Source: a virus | Reading direction: 5' to 3' (one strand) | Length of the DNA stretch: 64,000 bases | IMG/VR virus record: IMGVR_UViG_3300002542_000006 | Span: 4,740-68,739 of that record | Part shown: positions 39,340 to 49,966 of the stretch, piece by piece | Position numbering within the stretch: the stretch's first letter is position 1 | Layout: each line of letters starts with the position of its first letter | Position numbers and translations under genes: made by a program | The notes under the pieces: model-generated | What the model saw: the letters and a program-made list of their open reading frames with translations, nothing else | Database searches by the model: none | What the model was told of the DNA's origin: nothing

Positions 39340-41562
39340 ATGGACCCGTCCATAGAGTTAAGTTATGTCACAGAACTGGGAAATTCGCTAATAAAATATC
39401 TTAAAGAGCTGGTTGTCAAACGAGAAGATCTTGCAAATAAATATGAAACATTGGAATCTGCAAGAGCATATGATGAATACATTTCAGCAGTAACTGAAAC
39501 TGATACTTTTGAAGGTTATGAGGATTATAGTGATGAAATTTATATTCAGGCAGGACTCACAGAAGAAGAGATACGTCGTGCTCGTATTTATAAAATGAAT
39601 GTCCCCCCTGAAAAAAGAGAAGCCTGCCTTTTATTAAAACGGGCGGAGATTCTTGAAAACTACGTGGAAACTAATGATTATTATAGGATGCTCATGGGAT
39701 TACCTGCTATGAATGATAATACCCCCATCTTTATAAATGAAGATATATCAGGGGTAGATAGAACAAAGCCCGTCCATGAGATGACTAACGACGAGATTGC
39801 AATTCTTGAATCTATGGGATATATAAATAGACTCATTAAACAATATCCTACAAAACCATATTTGAAATACCTCGGAGCTAAGAAAATTGACCACATTTTC
39901 GCCAGATCTGCAAGGAGATTTGATATAATTAGATCTGGCACATTCGATATCGAACCTATAAAGAAAAGATTTGAGGTAAATTACGAGATTTCTAAAAATT
40001 ATATCCTTAATAATTACTATAAAAAAAGAATCGCATTGGATCAGGAATACTACGATTCTTATATTGGTTTTATAATACTAATGAATTCCATTATTATGAC
40101 CGTAAATGATTCTATAGAAATCTTTAATAATAAAGAGTATTATAATGAACTTATGGTTCGCCAGATTCTCCAATCACATGATCTTAATATCTATGATGAT
40201 ATTCCTTTGACTTATAGAAAAGAGGTAGCAAATAATATAACCTCTCTCATTGTATCAAAGGGAACCGATGAGGTTATATTTAAAATCTTTAATATATTTG
40301 GATTTGAAAACGTTTCTGTTAAGAAATATTATTTGGTAAAAGAACATCGTAAAGACCCTAGCGGTAACTATATATTCAAATATGATGAAGATGGTAATCC
40401 TCTCTATGATGAAATGTACGATGTAAGTTTCTCTGCGGTTGATGTAACTACTGACAATATTGATGCAGAAATCCGCAAACCGGAGAACAAATTGGCTTAT
40501 ACTGACGTGGTAGTATCTGATATTTACTGGGGCGGATATGAATCTGATGAAGAAATAAAGAAAAAATTGCTCAGAGAAGATTTTAACTACATTGACACTG
40601 ACTATGTAACCATTGGAACTGCATATTTTCTTGCAGATATTGTTACAGAAATGTCCTATGTTTTCTCCACCACATTCGCAATGAAAGATTATATAAAGAA
40701 TTTCACATTTATAGAGCCTATATTTGGATTTACAATAGACGTATTTTATTCTTTAACTATGTTGGCTGCCCTCATAAGTAAGAAAACAGGACTTATGGGA
40801 GATATAATAACAGATCCAGATAATCTGGCATATTTATATAAATTTAACTTTGAACGGTCCCTGACTGAAATTCAAAATATCATGGATAAATATAACTACA
40901 AAGGAGAAGCCTCTGACTATCTTATAAAGAAACCGGTAGCTGAACTTCAGAATCCTGCGGCTCTTGTTTCACTATATTTTGATAATAGAGAAATATACAT
41001 TAAATTGCTGGAACTTCGTCAGAAGACTAAAGACCTCAATGAATATTTGGTAGTAAAAGAGTTAATAGACTATCTAACAAAATCAAAACTGTTATCTAAT
41101 ATATTTAGGAAACAAAATGGAGAAATTGCAGAAACCTTTTTAGATTATTTGGCAGATTATAATCCAACAATCGCTGAATATATTGAGAATCTACCAATTG
41201 ACGAGGTGGATTCTGTCGCGTTTAAGATTCTTAATAGCTTAGAGGATTACTTTAGAACAGATAGATTTACGTTTCTATTCCTTAAGATTCCTACATTGTC
41301 TGGAGAAAACTCCTTGAAGCGTTATATGCTTAAAGTCATAAATACATTTAAAGCATTTACTATCAATATTCTATCACTTACTATAACCTATTCTGTTGAT
41401 GATAAAAATAACTTCATAAAAACAATTGACACTGTTAACTTTGATGGCACTATCCATCCAATAAATAATATACCGATGGTTGACACTGTTGGTCTTCATT
41501 ATGAAGATAATATACGGTCCGACATTAAATTAAGGGATGAATTGATAATAATACCTGAATGA
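39340..41562 (+). CDS. Virion structural protein (baseplate/tail candidate)
   Basis: 740 aa, late promoter 39284-39295, first gene of a plus-strand late operon. Confidence 0.55.
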   Translation: MDPSIELSYVTELGNSLIKYLKELVVKREDLANKYETLESARAYDEYISAVTETDTFEGYEDYSDEIYIQAGLTEEEIRRARIYKMNVPPEKREACLLLKRAEILENYVETNDYYRMLMGLPAMNDNTPIFINEDISGVDRTKPVHEMTNDEIAILESMGYINRLIKQYPTKPYLKYLGAKKIDHIFARSARRFDIIRSGTFDIEPIKKRFEVNYEISKNYILNNYYKKRIALDQEYYDSYIGFIILMNSIIMTVNDSIEIFNNKEYYNELMVRQILQSHDLNIYDDIPLTYRKEVANNITSLIVSKGTDEVIFKIFNIFGFENVSVKKYYLVKEHRKDPSGNYIFKYDEDGNPLYDEMYDVSFSAVDVTTDNIDAEIRKPENKLAYTDVVVSDIYWGGYESDEEIKKKLLREDFNYIDTDYVTIGTAYFLADIVTEMSYVFSTTFAMKDYIKNFTFIEPIFGFTIDVFYSLTMLAALISKKTGLMGDIITDPDNLAYLYKFNFERSLTEIQNIMDKYNYKGEASDYLIKKPVAELQNPAALVSLYFDNREIYIKLLELRQKTKDLNEYLVVKELIDYLTKSKLLSNIFRKQNGEIAETFLDYLADYNPTIAEYIENLPIDEVDSVAFKILNSLEDYFRTDRFTFLFLKIPTLSGENSLKRYMLKVINTFKAFTINILSLTITYSVDDKNNFIKTIDTVNFDGTIHPINNIPMVDTVGLHYEDNIRSDIKLRDELIIIPE

Positions 41563-42410
41563 AAGGAAATGATAATACCATGAATATTCAAAGTTCTGAC
41601 AAGATGAAGGTTGTCGATGAACTTTATACGGAAGACGGAAAGTTATTGATTCCGGGTTTCAACACTAAAGAACCTAAAAAAATTATTGGACAACTGGAGA
41701 TTGTTAATGATATAACTGGAAAAAGAATTTTCAGATATAATGATGTAATTATTCTTGGCTCTACCTATATTCTTGAAAAATTCTTTAACAGAAGGTCCAC
41801 ATTTGGAATGACAACACTCTCTGTTGACCTTGGAATCAATGCAGATGTTCAACCAACTCAATCTAACCTTAAAGATGAATTTGTATTCGGATTTATCGTA
41901 GGTAAAGGTGGATCTGAATCATCGGACTTGGTCCGTGCCGTGAGGTTTAAAGATAGAACAGTTGCCGATATTATTCCTTTCCGTGTAGTAGATGTTTCTG
42001 ATGATCTATCTCCTCTTGAGCAAGCAAAATATGCTCTGAAAAAACAAGTTGGAGATAAATACTACTATTACGCAAAACGTTTTGATACTGATGTGGTAAT
42101 CAGACACTTGTTCACAGACGGAACTGAAATTCCTTCAAATATTGACCAGACCGAGACAACTCTTGGACTTCTGGTCTTTGGTGAGGCTGTTCTTAAAGTG
42201 AGTAAGGAAGACCTTAGAGAATACTTCATGCAAGAATATGGTTCTATTGACAATTGTCGGTTTAACTCTATTGGTCTTGTAGCTGGATTCTTACATGAAA
42301 ATAACGAGTTTGCAGGAGTGCGAACCGTCACAAAAGTTAATTTCCCGAATCTCTTTTTAAGGGATACAGAATCCAGTTATACTCTTATTTACAAACTCTA
42401 CAGTATTTAA
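41559..42410 (+). CDS. Virion structural protein (baseplate candidate)
   Basis: 283 aa, translationally coupled (ATGA overlap) to the upstream late gene. Confidence 0.5.
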   Translation: MKGNDNTMNIQSSDKMKVVDELYTEDGKLLIPGFNTKEPKKIIGQLEIVNDITGKRIFRYNDVIILGSTYILEKFFNRRSTFGMTTLSVDLGINADVQPTQSNLKDEFVFGFIVGKGGSESSDLVRAVRFKDRTVADIIPFRVVDVSDDLSPLEQAKYALKKQVGDKYYYYAKRFDTDVVIRHLFTDGTEIPSNIDQTETTLGLLVFGEAVLKVSKEDLREYFMQEYGSIDNCRFNSIGLVAGFLHENNEFAGVRTVTKVNFPNLFLRDTESSYTLIYKLYSI

Positions 42411-42484
42411 TTAATACCAGATGGGGAAACCCATCTGGTATTTTCTATTTTAGAAACCTATTATAAATTAAATTCCGTTACGAG

Positions 42485-43693
42485 GTGAATAAATTGAGAC
42501 TTTTGAATGAAGAAGAAGTCGATGAGATACTCTCACTAAAATTTGAAGATATTACTATGACTAAACTTAAATCTTATTTTGCTAGAACGATAAAACAGCC
42601 TGAGCCGAGATTCAAGATAACTGATTATTTCTTTTTACCTGAAAACACATGCTCGAATAATCTTCCAGGGTATACTACCTTAGGCCTCTATTTCTTTAAT
42701 AAATTGGTGACAGATAGGCATTTTAAGGACGTTACTGGCTATATAAATGTGCCTATTACTAATAGTAACCTGAAAAAGTTATATAACCTTGTATCACAAG
42801 CAAGGTTTGATGATAAAATCAGTCAAGATGATTTTTATTTCTTGATAGATATTCTCGAATGGTTGGGAGGAGGAGATTTGGCGGAATTATTAAATCCATC
42901 CCTCACAACCAATCTTCTAATCTTACCCCCTGAACTGAAGAAGCTTCGAGAAGATCTTTTCAAAAAATATGAAAAGGAAATTGAAGCCGGGGATGTAAAC
43001 GTTGGAGCTAAGATAGAAGAGGAGCTTATTAAATTCGGTAAGAAATATTTTTCACAGTTTCCTGAATGGGATAACTTTGCTAGTGGAGCAAAGTTGGATT
43101 ATGATAATGCAATGAAAACAATGACTTTGATGAAGGGTCCCATCCTTGATACCCTCACAGATACATGGAAAATCTTAAAATCTAACTACAATGAGGGTAT
43201 TAGTAAGGAAGAATACCCTGCATTTGCAGGAAGCTCAGTTTTTGGGGTTTATTCTCGGGCACTTGGTGTTGCACAAGGTGGATATGCGGTTAAAAAATTT
43301 GTTGCAACTCTTCAAGATATTGAAGCCGCTGATGATGGAACAGACTGTGGTACCAAAGATTATTTAGATATCTATTTAGACCCTTATTTCAAAAATGAAT
43401 TCTTATATATGAATATGGTCAGTGATAATGAAAAACTTATTATGCTTTTACCTGAAAATATTGATAAATATTTAGGACGACGGGTTAAACTTCGTAGTCC
43501 TATGTATTGTAAATTTGATCCGCCTAAATTATGTAGTAAATGTCTCGGCTTACACCCTTATAAAATGAATATAAAGATGATAGGGCTTGCTTCAACTAAA
43601 ATTGGATCTACGCTTATGAATAAACGATTAAAAGCATTCCATGTTAAGAAAGTCCATATGTATGAAATAACCGTTGATGATTTATTTGGTTAA
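42485..43693 (+). CDS. RNA polymerase beta-prime C-terminal fragment (probably virion RNAP)
   Basis: DCGT, LRSPMYC, CSKCLG zinc site, and IGLASTKIGSTLMNKRLKAFH matching the trigger loop GEPGTQLTMRTFH. Confidence 0.85.
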   Translation: MNKLRLLNEEEVDEILSLKFEDITMTKLKSYFARTIKQPEPRFKITDYFFLPENTCSNNLPGYTTLGLYFFNKLVTDRHFKDVTGYINVPITNSNLKKLYNLVSQARFDDKISQDDFYFLIDILEWLGGGDLAELLNPSLTTNLLILPPELKKLREDLFKKYEKEIEAGDVNVGAKIEEELIKFGKKYFSQFPEWDNFASGAKLDYDNAMKTMTLMKGPILDTLTDTWKILKSNYNEGISKEEYPAFAGSSVFGVYSRALGVAQGGYAVKKFVATLQDIEAADDGTDCGTKDYLDIYLDPYFKNEFLYMNMVSDNEKLIMLLPENIDKYLGRRVKLRSPMYCKFDPPKLCSKCLGLHPYKMNIKMIGLASTKIGSTLMNKRLKAFHVKKVHMYEITVDDLFG

Positions 43694-43752
43694 TATAAAT
43701 AAGGTGTATAGTATTACTATACACCTTATTTATTTATAAAATAAACCATAGA

Positions 43753-44253
43753 ATGAATATAAAATGGAGGGATATTATGTTAAGAGCAAATCCTGATACT
43801 ATATTTACAATATCAGTAATACTTTTTATATTTCTATTAATTACAGTAAATAGATATATAAGTATAATTAAAAAGAAAAATAAAAAATTTATCTTTAACC
43901 CAAAAATATTAGAAAATTTCGAAATCTGGCTAAATGGTAGCATTGGTTTAAATATAACTAAATATATTGAGGAAATTCTTGGTTCTGAACTTAAACAAGA
44001 AGAGGAATTAAATTTATCAGTAGAATTTGTACAAAATGGTATTAATATAGTATGTACAAATATAATTTCACAAATGCCTATATTTTATAAGAATTATATG
44101 ATGAGTTTTTATGGCGAAGAACGTTTAGTAATGTATATACGCGAAAAAACAAGACAAGTATTTGTTAAATTTGTAGAAAATGTTGTAAAGAAAAGATCTA
44201 GCGAAGATTATAAATTAAATAAAGAAGAAGAGGTAAATACTAAAATTATATAA
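43753..44253 (+). CDS. Single-pass membrane protein (holin/antiholin candidate)
   Basis: N-terminal TM helix followed by a KKKNKK cluster; very AT-rich. Confidence 0.45.
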   Translation: MNIKWRDIMLRANPDTIFTISVILFIFLLITVNRYISIIKKKNKKFIFNPKILENFEIWLNGSIGLNITKYIEEILGSELKQEEELNLSVEFVQNGINIVCTNIISQMPIFYKNYMMSFYGEERLVMYIREKTRQVFVKFVENVVKKRSSEDYKLNKEEEVNTKII

Positions 44254-44273
44254 AAAAAAAATAAGGAAGAGTC

Positions 44274-44630
44274 TTATGCAGACTCTTCCTTACTTCTTAA
44301 ATTCATTTGAATTTGATTTACAGCTTTTTTAATTTCTTCCTCATCAGGACCTACCAGAATAATACCTACATCAATGTCTTTGTATATATACATATATTCT
44401 GCCAGGTCCTCATACAAACATTTCAAATTCCCCCGTTCGTTAGAACACTGCCAACAATCAAAAGAAATAATTACACCAACAGGGTTTTTTTTATTCTTTT
44501 TGTAAGTCATTCCAAAAATTGTATTTGCTCCAACAGTATGCTCATATAATTCAATGAAAGCATACTCTGGATTCTTTTTATAAATGTCAATTGCAAGATC
44601 ATGTTCGCCAATCAGATAGTCCAGATACAT
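44274..44630 (-). CDS. Hypothetical protein
   Basis: 118-aa ORF with SD AAGGAGG. Confidence 0.7.
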   Translation of the reverse strand: MYLDYLIGEHDLAIDIYKKNPEYAFIELYEHTVGANTIFGMTYKKNKKNPVGVIISFDCWQCSNERGNLKCLYEDLAEYMYIYKDIDVGIILVGPDEEEIKKAVNQIQMNLRSKEESA

Positions 44631-44701
44631 ACATATCCTCCTTAAAAATATTAAAAAAATAAAGAGTGATGGTTATTTACCATCACTCTAATTATTTGAT
44701 T

Positions 44702-44790
44702 TGGTACCGAGGACGGGAATCGAACCCGTACGGGTGTCACCACCCACAGGATTTTAAGTCCTGTGCGTCTGCCAGTTCCGCCACCCCGGC
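44702..44790 (-). tRNA. tRNA-Leu (anticodon UAA)
   Basis: GCCGGGGTGGCGGAACTGGCAGACGCACAGGACTTAAAATCCTGTG...GGTTCGATTCC...ACCA; long variable arm, encoded CCA. Confidence 0.95.
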
Positions 44791-44810
44791 ACGTAACCAA
44801 TCCATGATAG

Positions 44811-44884
44811 TGGACCCGGAGGGACTCGAACCCCCGACCAACCGGTTATGAGCCGGCAGCTCTGACCATCTGAGCTACGGGTCC
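44811..44884 (-). tRNA. tRNA with CAU anticodon, most likely tRNA-Ile2 (lysidine; reads AUA)
   Basis: GGACCCGTAGCTCAG...GGCTCATAACC...GGTTCGAGTCC; resembles Bacillus tRNA-Ile(CAU); CCA not encoded; Met identity not excluded. Confidence 0.85.
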
Positions 44885-45015
44885 ATAAATAAAATAAATT
44901 ATATATATCTAATAGTTAATTAGATAGTATTTTTTAATTAGTTAACTTTTTATATTAAAAGAATAAAGGAGAGAGCAGAACATAAAAAATCCGCTCTCCC
45001 CAAAATATGGTAAAA

Positions 45016-45834
45016 TCACTCAGAAGCAGAAACTTCCTCGGTCTTTTCCATTGTCGCCGCAGTCTCTTCTTCGACCGAACCGGCTTGATCGAGATATTTG
45101 CAGGCCTCGGCGATTTCCGGCTCGATCGAGAAAATGTCATAATCAGTCACAACTTGCCGCAAAATGAACGGTTCAATATCGGCATCGTCGCGACGATACG
45201 CAATTTGCTCGAATACCACGAAAGATGCGTCACTGACATTGATGAACGTTGTTGCCTTGTTCATAGCAACAACTGGATCTTGACCCATCCTCAATTGAGA
45301 GGATTCAGACTCGACCCACTCGCCGTCCGTGGCAAACCGGAAAATCGAGACTGTATTTTGATAAACGTCGTTCCGACCTTGGTATTCACCATTCGGGTCC
45401 TTGTATTGAACCCGATGAATGCCATACCGCTCCAGGAACTCCTGGAATTTGACTGTATGGAAATACGCATAGCGCGCTTTAGGTTTGTTCACCAAGAACA
45501 CAAAGCCGTCAGCGAATTCGAACTGATAGTACCGTTCGTTCTGACGACGATTTTCCGGCATGACAACCAAGTTGTCGTTCACGCCGCGCCAGATAAGCCA
45601 TCCGTCAACCTTCAGCGGACTAGCCTTCGTGTATTCGAAAGAGTCCGTTTTGATTTCAACTTTAGTCGTTTGATTAGCAGCAGGCTTCTGCATCTTCTTC
45701 TTGAATTCCCGCAGTTGGTTGCGGAAATCCTTCCGCTCATACTTCTTCTTCTTGTCTCCGCTGGATTCAATCTTCACCACCATGGGCTTTTTCGAAGCGG
45801 CCTGAGTTTTAGTGATTTTCTTCATAGTGAACAC
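45016..45834 (-). CDS. Highly expressed early hypothetical protein
   Basis: 272 aa; early promoter 45885-45903 with 5' stem-loop; no TTA/CTA/TCA codons. Confidence 0.75.
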   Translation of the reverse strand: MFTMKKITKTQAASKKPMVVKIESSGDKKKKYERKDFRNQLREFKKKMQKPAANQTTKVEIKTDSFEYTKASPLKVDGWLIWRGVNDNLVVMPENRRQNERYYQFEFADGFVFLVNKPKARYAYFHTVKFQEFLERYGIHRVQYKDPNGEYQGRNDVYQNTVSIFRFATDGEWVESESSQLRMGQDPVVAMNKATTFINVSDASFVVFEQIAYRRDDADIEPFILRQVVTDYDIFSIEPEIAEACKYLDQAGSVEEETAATMEKTEEVSASE

Positions 45835-45930
45835 TCCTTTAGAATTATTTTAGATGCACAAACACTAATTTATTGTTTGCGCTCAATATAATAATATATA
45901 ATTATATTTTCGTCGATCTACACCAAGGGC

Positions 45931-46740
45931 TTAGACTCTCAATGTGAAAAATCTTTGTATTAATGGGAGTATATATACAATATAGTTATATGAGATATCA
46001 ATATCAAATCCAGTTAAATAATTCTCCGATTTAAATGACTTTCCATCATCCGTCATTAGAGTATAATACGAATCAGGGTTTAATTCTCTATAATATTGAA
46101 ATTCTAAACTTCTCGATTTATAGAATTTAGAAAATTGTTTTAACTTAGATATTATTCTATCATTCGATGATGTTTCTAAAAGATTAAATATATCCTTCAA
46201 GAATTTACACATATAGTCCTTATGAGATTCTAATTTCTCTTCCCGTATTCCTTTAACATCCAAAACTTTACCTCTATTTCTATAATAGAATTCAATATTT
46301 GAAAATCTATGGAATGAGGTGTATCTATTCTTCAAAACAAATTCAACATTCTTAAATTTAGTCTCTTCGCATGTTTTATTGACTAAAAATATGGCATCTT
46401 TCTTTATAGATAATATCTGGTGCTCCTTTATATTATTAGCCACAAAGAATTTTTTTCTCATTTTAGAAAATGATTCAGATAAATCTCTATTGAGAGTTTT
46501 ATTATCTCTCATCATTTGACCTATTTGAATGGTTCTAGCATGTTTAGGCATTGCCTCTAAATACTCTATAGTTTGGCTATCCAATAATTCATAATACTTT
46601 ATCAGATTTAATCCAGCATTCTTCATATCATACTCATAAATATTAGCATTAATAATATAATCAATATCTTGAGTCCAAAGATCTCTTTTATATAGAGTAT
46701 AACCAATATCTTTATCTTTATCTATCAGACGCACTCTCAA
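45931..46740 (-). CDS. Possible minimal family-B-like polymerase palm protein
   Basis: YEYDMKNAG (motif A-like), IKKDAIF (motif C-like), KNRY and DVKGI. Confidence 0.45.
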   Translation of the reverse strand: MRVRLIDKDKDIGYTLYKRDLWTQDIDYIINANIYEYDMKNAGLNLIKYYELLDSQTIEYLEAMPKHARTIQIGQMMRDNKTLNRDLSESFSKMRKKFFVANNIKEHQILSIKKDAIFLVNKTCEETKFKNVEFVLKNRYTSFHRFSNIEFYYRNRGKVLDVKGIREEKLESHKDYMCKFLKDIFNLLETSSNDRIISKLKQFSKFYKSRSLEFQYYRELNPDSYYTLMTDDGKSFKSENYLTGFDIDISYNYIVYILPLIQRFFTLRV

Positions 46741-46835
46741 TTACACATCACCCACATATTTTCTTTTTTTGCTTAAAAAAATAAAGAGAGAAGGGATAAC
46801 CCTTCTCTCTAATGAGAGCGCCGATGTAGCGTTAT

Positions 46836-47639
46836 TTAGTTATCGGATTCGTCGTCAAGATCATGGATGTCGTTATAGATTGACAAAACGAGATTGAACG
46901 CATCCTTCTTGCTCCAACGCTCCGACTTCTTCGAAATACCAAGAGTCTTTACATGGCGCTTAATGAGCTTCTTGCCCTTCTTTGTTTGGGCAAATGAATC
47001 GATGGATTGGAGAACAGCTTTCTTGCTGATTTCATTCATCGGGTCTTCGGATTGATTGATCAGAAGAGCAATCCTGTCGATTGCAAACTTCCGGTCAGCA
47101 AGTTCCAGCTTCTCCAAGCCTTTGATATCGATTTGGCAGGTATCTTTCACGAAATCCCGCATTCCTTTGATGAATGCTTTTTTCCGTTTCTTGGACTTCT
47201 TGGTATCCTTGGAGACGATTTTGATAGCCTTCAGATATTGTTTCAGCTTAATCGTCCGCATTCCATAGGACTTCTCCAAGAACTTCTTCAGAACTTTCAT
47301 GAAGCCGAGTTCATACTCGGTATCAGAGCATACGAAAATCGGAAGATAACGACGCTCATTGAAAGAACGAGCAATAGTATACGTCAAGAAACGGTTTTGA
47401 TAAGATTTCAGGGAATCTTTGTAGTTGCGAAGGAAAGTCTGCTTATCCATATCCCCGTTGATAACCGCCTCCATGTCATCTTTAGAGGGAATCAGGGATC
47501 GGAAATTGTTGTCGCCGATTTCATCGTCGCCGATTTGCATGTTCTCATGGGAAAGGGAAATGACATAGGCATTTGCGAGAGCCTTTTTGCCACCCTTCTC
47601 CAAAAGTTGTTCAAAACGAGATTGGCTGAGGAACAACAT
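46836..47639 (-). CDS. Late hypothetical protein
   Basis: 267 aa; AACA-N6-TA at 47673-47684; high-expression codon bias. Confidence 0.72.
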   Translation of the reverse strand: MLFLSQSRFEQLLEKGGKKALANAYVISLSHENMQIGDDEIGDNNFRSLIPSKDDMEAVINGDMDKQTFLRNYKDSLKSYQNRFLTYTIARSFNERRYLPIFVCSDTEYELGFMKVLKKFLEKSYGMRTIKLKQYLKAIKIVSKDTKKSKKRKKAFIKGMRDFVKDTCQIDIKGLEKLELADRKFAIDRIALLINQSEDPMNEISKKAVLQSIDSFAQTKKGKKLIKRHVKTLGISKKSERWSKKDAFNLVLSIYNDIHDLDDESDN

Positions 47640-47732
47640 TTAAAACACTCCTTTTATTATTTTGATTTAAGTTACTGATATGTTTCCAGGGTATATTTAA
47701 ATATACCCTGGAGTATTATTGTTTGCGACACA

Positions 47733-49250
47733 TTACTCATCGTCGTCTTCGTCGCTGCCAAAATACTCCTTCTCGTAGTCTCCGTTGAAGTCATTGAGAG
47801 GGGTAGTATTCATGCAGGTAACGATCAGCTCAGTCTCTTCGTCATGATCGACTTCCAGAATATTCTTCATATGCTCTTTCAGATTGATATGAACAATAGT
47901 TTCACCCATCGACATTACAATCCATGGATCTTTCTTAACCTCTTCAAACTGAAGAGCAATGTGAACTTCATTGTCATTAGTCCCAGATCTGTAGATTTGA
48001 ATATTGTTTTCAGTACAGATAGAAACCATATCTCTGATTTCCTCGTCATCGCCCAACTCCTCAGGGCTAATTTTCTGTTTGACATCCTTCAGAGCATCAA
48101 CAACATGAGGAAACCTTGCAAAGAACAAATCCCTTACAATTTTATCAGATTCTTCAGAATTGTCAGAATTAATGAGATTGAAAGCATCTGTTAACTCCAT
48201 GAGTTTTCGTTCTCTTTCAAGACTCTCATCCTTCTTCAAGACATCTATCCCCCTAGATGTAGAATAATAGGTGGAGATAGGTCTTTTGGGACGGTTACGA
48301 ACCGGTGGAGTTTCTTCCGGGACGGATTTTTCTATTTCCTGATCCTCAGGAACATAGAGTTTTTCCTCGGATGATACGCCACCAGAGAGCCGTTTAAGCT
48401 TCTGCAGAACAGATTTGTTCAAATTCTCCTCTTCTCCTTTCATATTAGTTCTATTGGATATAGCCACGAACTGTTTGAGTGTGGCTCTATCTCTATGCTT
48501 ATTAAAATTCTTATAAAACTCATCCAATTCTTTGGATGGTTTATACTTCGGAATCTTGACATTGTCTTTGTATTTAGTTTCAGTATATCCTTCAAGGACA
48601 ACATCAATCCGAAAGACATTTTCACATTTATCACATTCCAGCATAGTAAAATCGTTATTATAGCGAAGTTTACCTTTACAATATTTCTTCTTCTCCCCAT
48701 CTCCCTTATACCGAACATGAGGACAAGAGAAATTGCCCAATGACTTCAGTTCTACATAACCGAAGTCGATAATTCTAATCCTTCCTTTTCTATCGACTCC
48801 GTAGTTTTTATGCTTATCGAGACCAAGGTCGATAAGAATGAAACCTTCTTCATCCAGTCTTTCGAGCATCCGACGGATCTTCTTTTTGGTCTCTTTTTTC
48901 TGAAAATAGTCGAAATCAATAGTCGGACACTTTTCCTGAACCAGGATAAGGCCCTCTTCATCGAGCTCATACGAGGTTGCGAAATCCTCGCTCAAACTCG
49001 ACTTGTGGAATTCATTCAAATTGTCGAGAATTCCCTGAGGATCAAAACCGACCTTGAAAACCACCTTCGGATAGTCTTTATGCGTATAACATACCCGGTT
49101 AGTTCCCGAATCAAGCGGCTTCAATCCATTTTTCTTCATGAGCTTATCAATCTTATCCGCCTTCTCTGGATAATTCATGGACGAGTCGGCCCATTTGAGA
49201 ATTTTCTCAAAGACTTCATCGGGGAAAACGTCATTCAGAATTTTTCCCAT
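47733..49250 (-). CDS. Protein kinase-like protein with zinc finger and acidic C-terminal domain
   Basis: LDSGTNRVCY (Gly loop), VVFKV, LIDLGLDKHKNYG and IIDFGY; CPH..C..CDKC; early promoter 49294-49309; start refined to 49250. Confidence 0.78.
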   Translation of the reverse strand: MGKILNDVFPDEVFEKILKWADSSMNYPEKADKIDKLMKKNGLKPLDSGTNRVCYTHKDYPKVVFKVGFDPQGILDNLNEFHKSSLSEDFATSYELDEEGLILVQEKCPTIDFDYFQKKETKKKIRRMLERLDEEGFILIDLGLDKHKNYGVDRKGRIRIIDFGYVELKSLGNFSCPHVRYKGDGEKKKYCKGKLRYNNDFTMLECDKCENVFRIDVVLEGYTETKYKDNVKIPKYKPSKELDEFYKNFNKHRDRATLKQFVAISNRTNMKGEEENLNKSVLQKLKRLSGGVSSEEKLYVPEDQEIEKSVPEETPPVRNRPKRPISTYYSTSRGIDVLKKDESLERERKLMELTDAFNLINSDNSEESDKIVRDLFFARFPHVVDALKDVKQKISPEELGDDEEIRDMVSICTENNIQIYRSGTNDNEVHIALQFEEVKKDPWIVMSMGETIVHINLKEHMKNILEVDHDEETELIVTCMNTTPLNDFNGDYEKEYFGSDEDDDE

Positions 49251-49336
49251 AGTATTCTTCCTTTCTCTTTCCAAATTCGTCGTTCTTTACATTACAATAA
49301 TATATATTTCAATAACAGTTGGAATTTTACTAATAT

Positions 49337-49951
49337 TTAATAGCCATACATATTGAAGAATCCTTCTTTGCCCCAGAAAGCATCCATAACTGCTTCATTA
49401 ACAGATTCATTCTTCATTAATTCTTTATGAAAATTCTTAAGAGTACAATCAAGTTCCACAGGATGGTCTTTTTTCTCCTCTTCCACCAATTTCTTTAGAT
49501 ATTTTCTATAATCCTTTTTACTTAAGAGTGTTTGATCATAAGCTTCAGGGTTTAATAAATAAAGAAGTCCCTTAGAACCTTTGAGAATATTCTTCAATTT
49601 TTTAGCACGCTTTTTCTCATATTTCTTTTTCTTCTCAAGCTCTTTAAGAACACCTGCAAGATTCTTAGCAGGTTTCATTTTATATTCATGATAATCTGAG
49701 TCATCTCTTACAGTTGCATATTTTTCAAGAGACTGTTCTCTTTCATAGTCTTCCTGTTTTATGATGTATTGAACAAATGCCTTCTTTCTTTCTTCAGTTA
49801 AAGAATTATAGTATCTTTTTACAGGTTTAGAGAATTTAGATACAATAAATTCTTCTCTGGACACATATTTATTATTCTCGTAAAGTTCCTTTTCCAGCTT
49901 CTTAATATTTTTCTTCAAAGATTTTTTAAATTTTTTATTCTTTTTAGACAT
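49337..49951 (-). CDS. Very basic hypothetical protein
   Basis: 204 aa, Lys-rich. Confidence 0.65.
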   Translation of the reverse strand: MSKKNKKFKKSLKKNIKKLEKELYENNKYVSREEFIVSKFSKPVKRYYNSLTEERKKAFVQYIIKQEDYEREQSLEKYATVRDDSDYHEYKMKPAKNLAGVLKELEKKKKYEKKRAKKLKNILKGSKGLLYLLNPEAYDQTLLSKKDYRKYLKKLVEEEKKDHPVELDCTLKNFHKELMKNESVNEAVMDAFWGKEGFFNMYGY

Positions 49952-49966
49952 ATGCCCGCACTCCCC

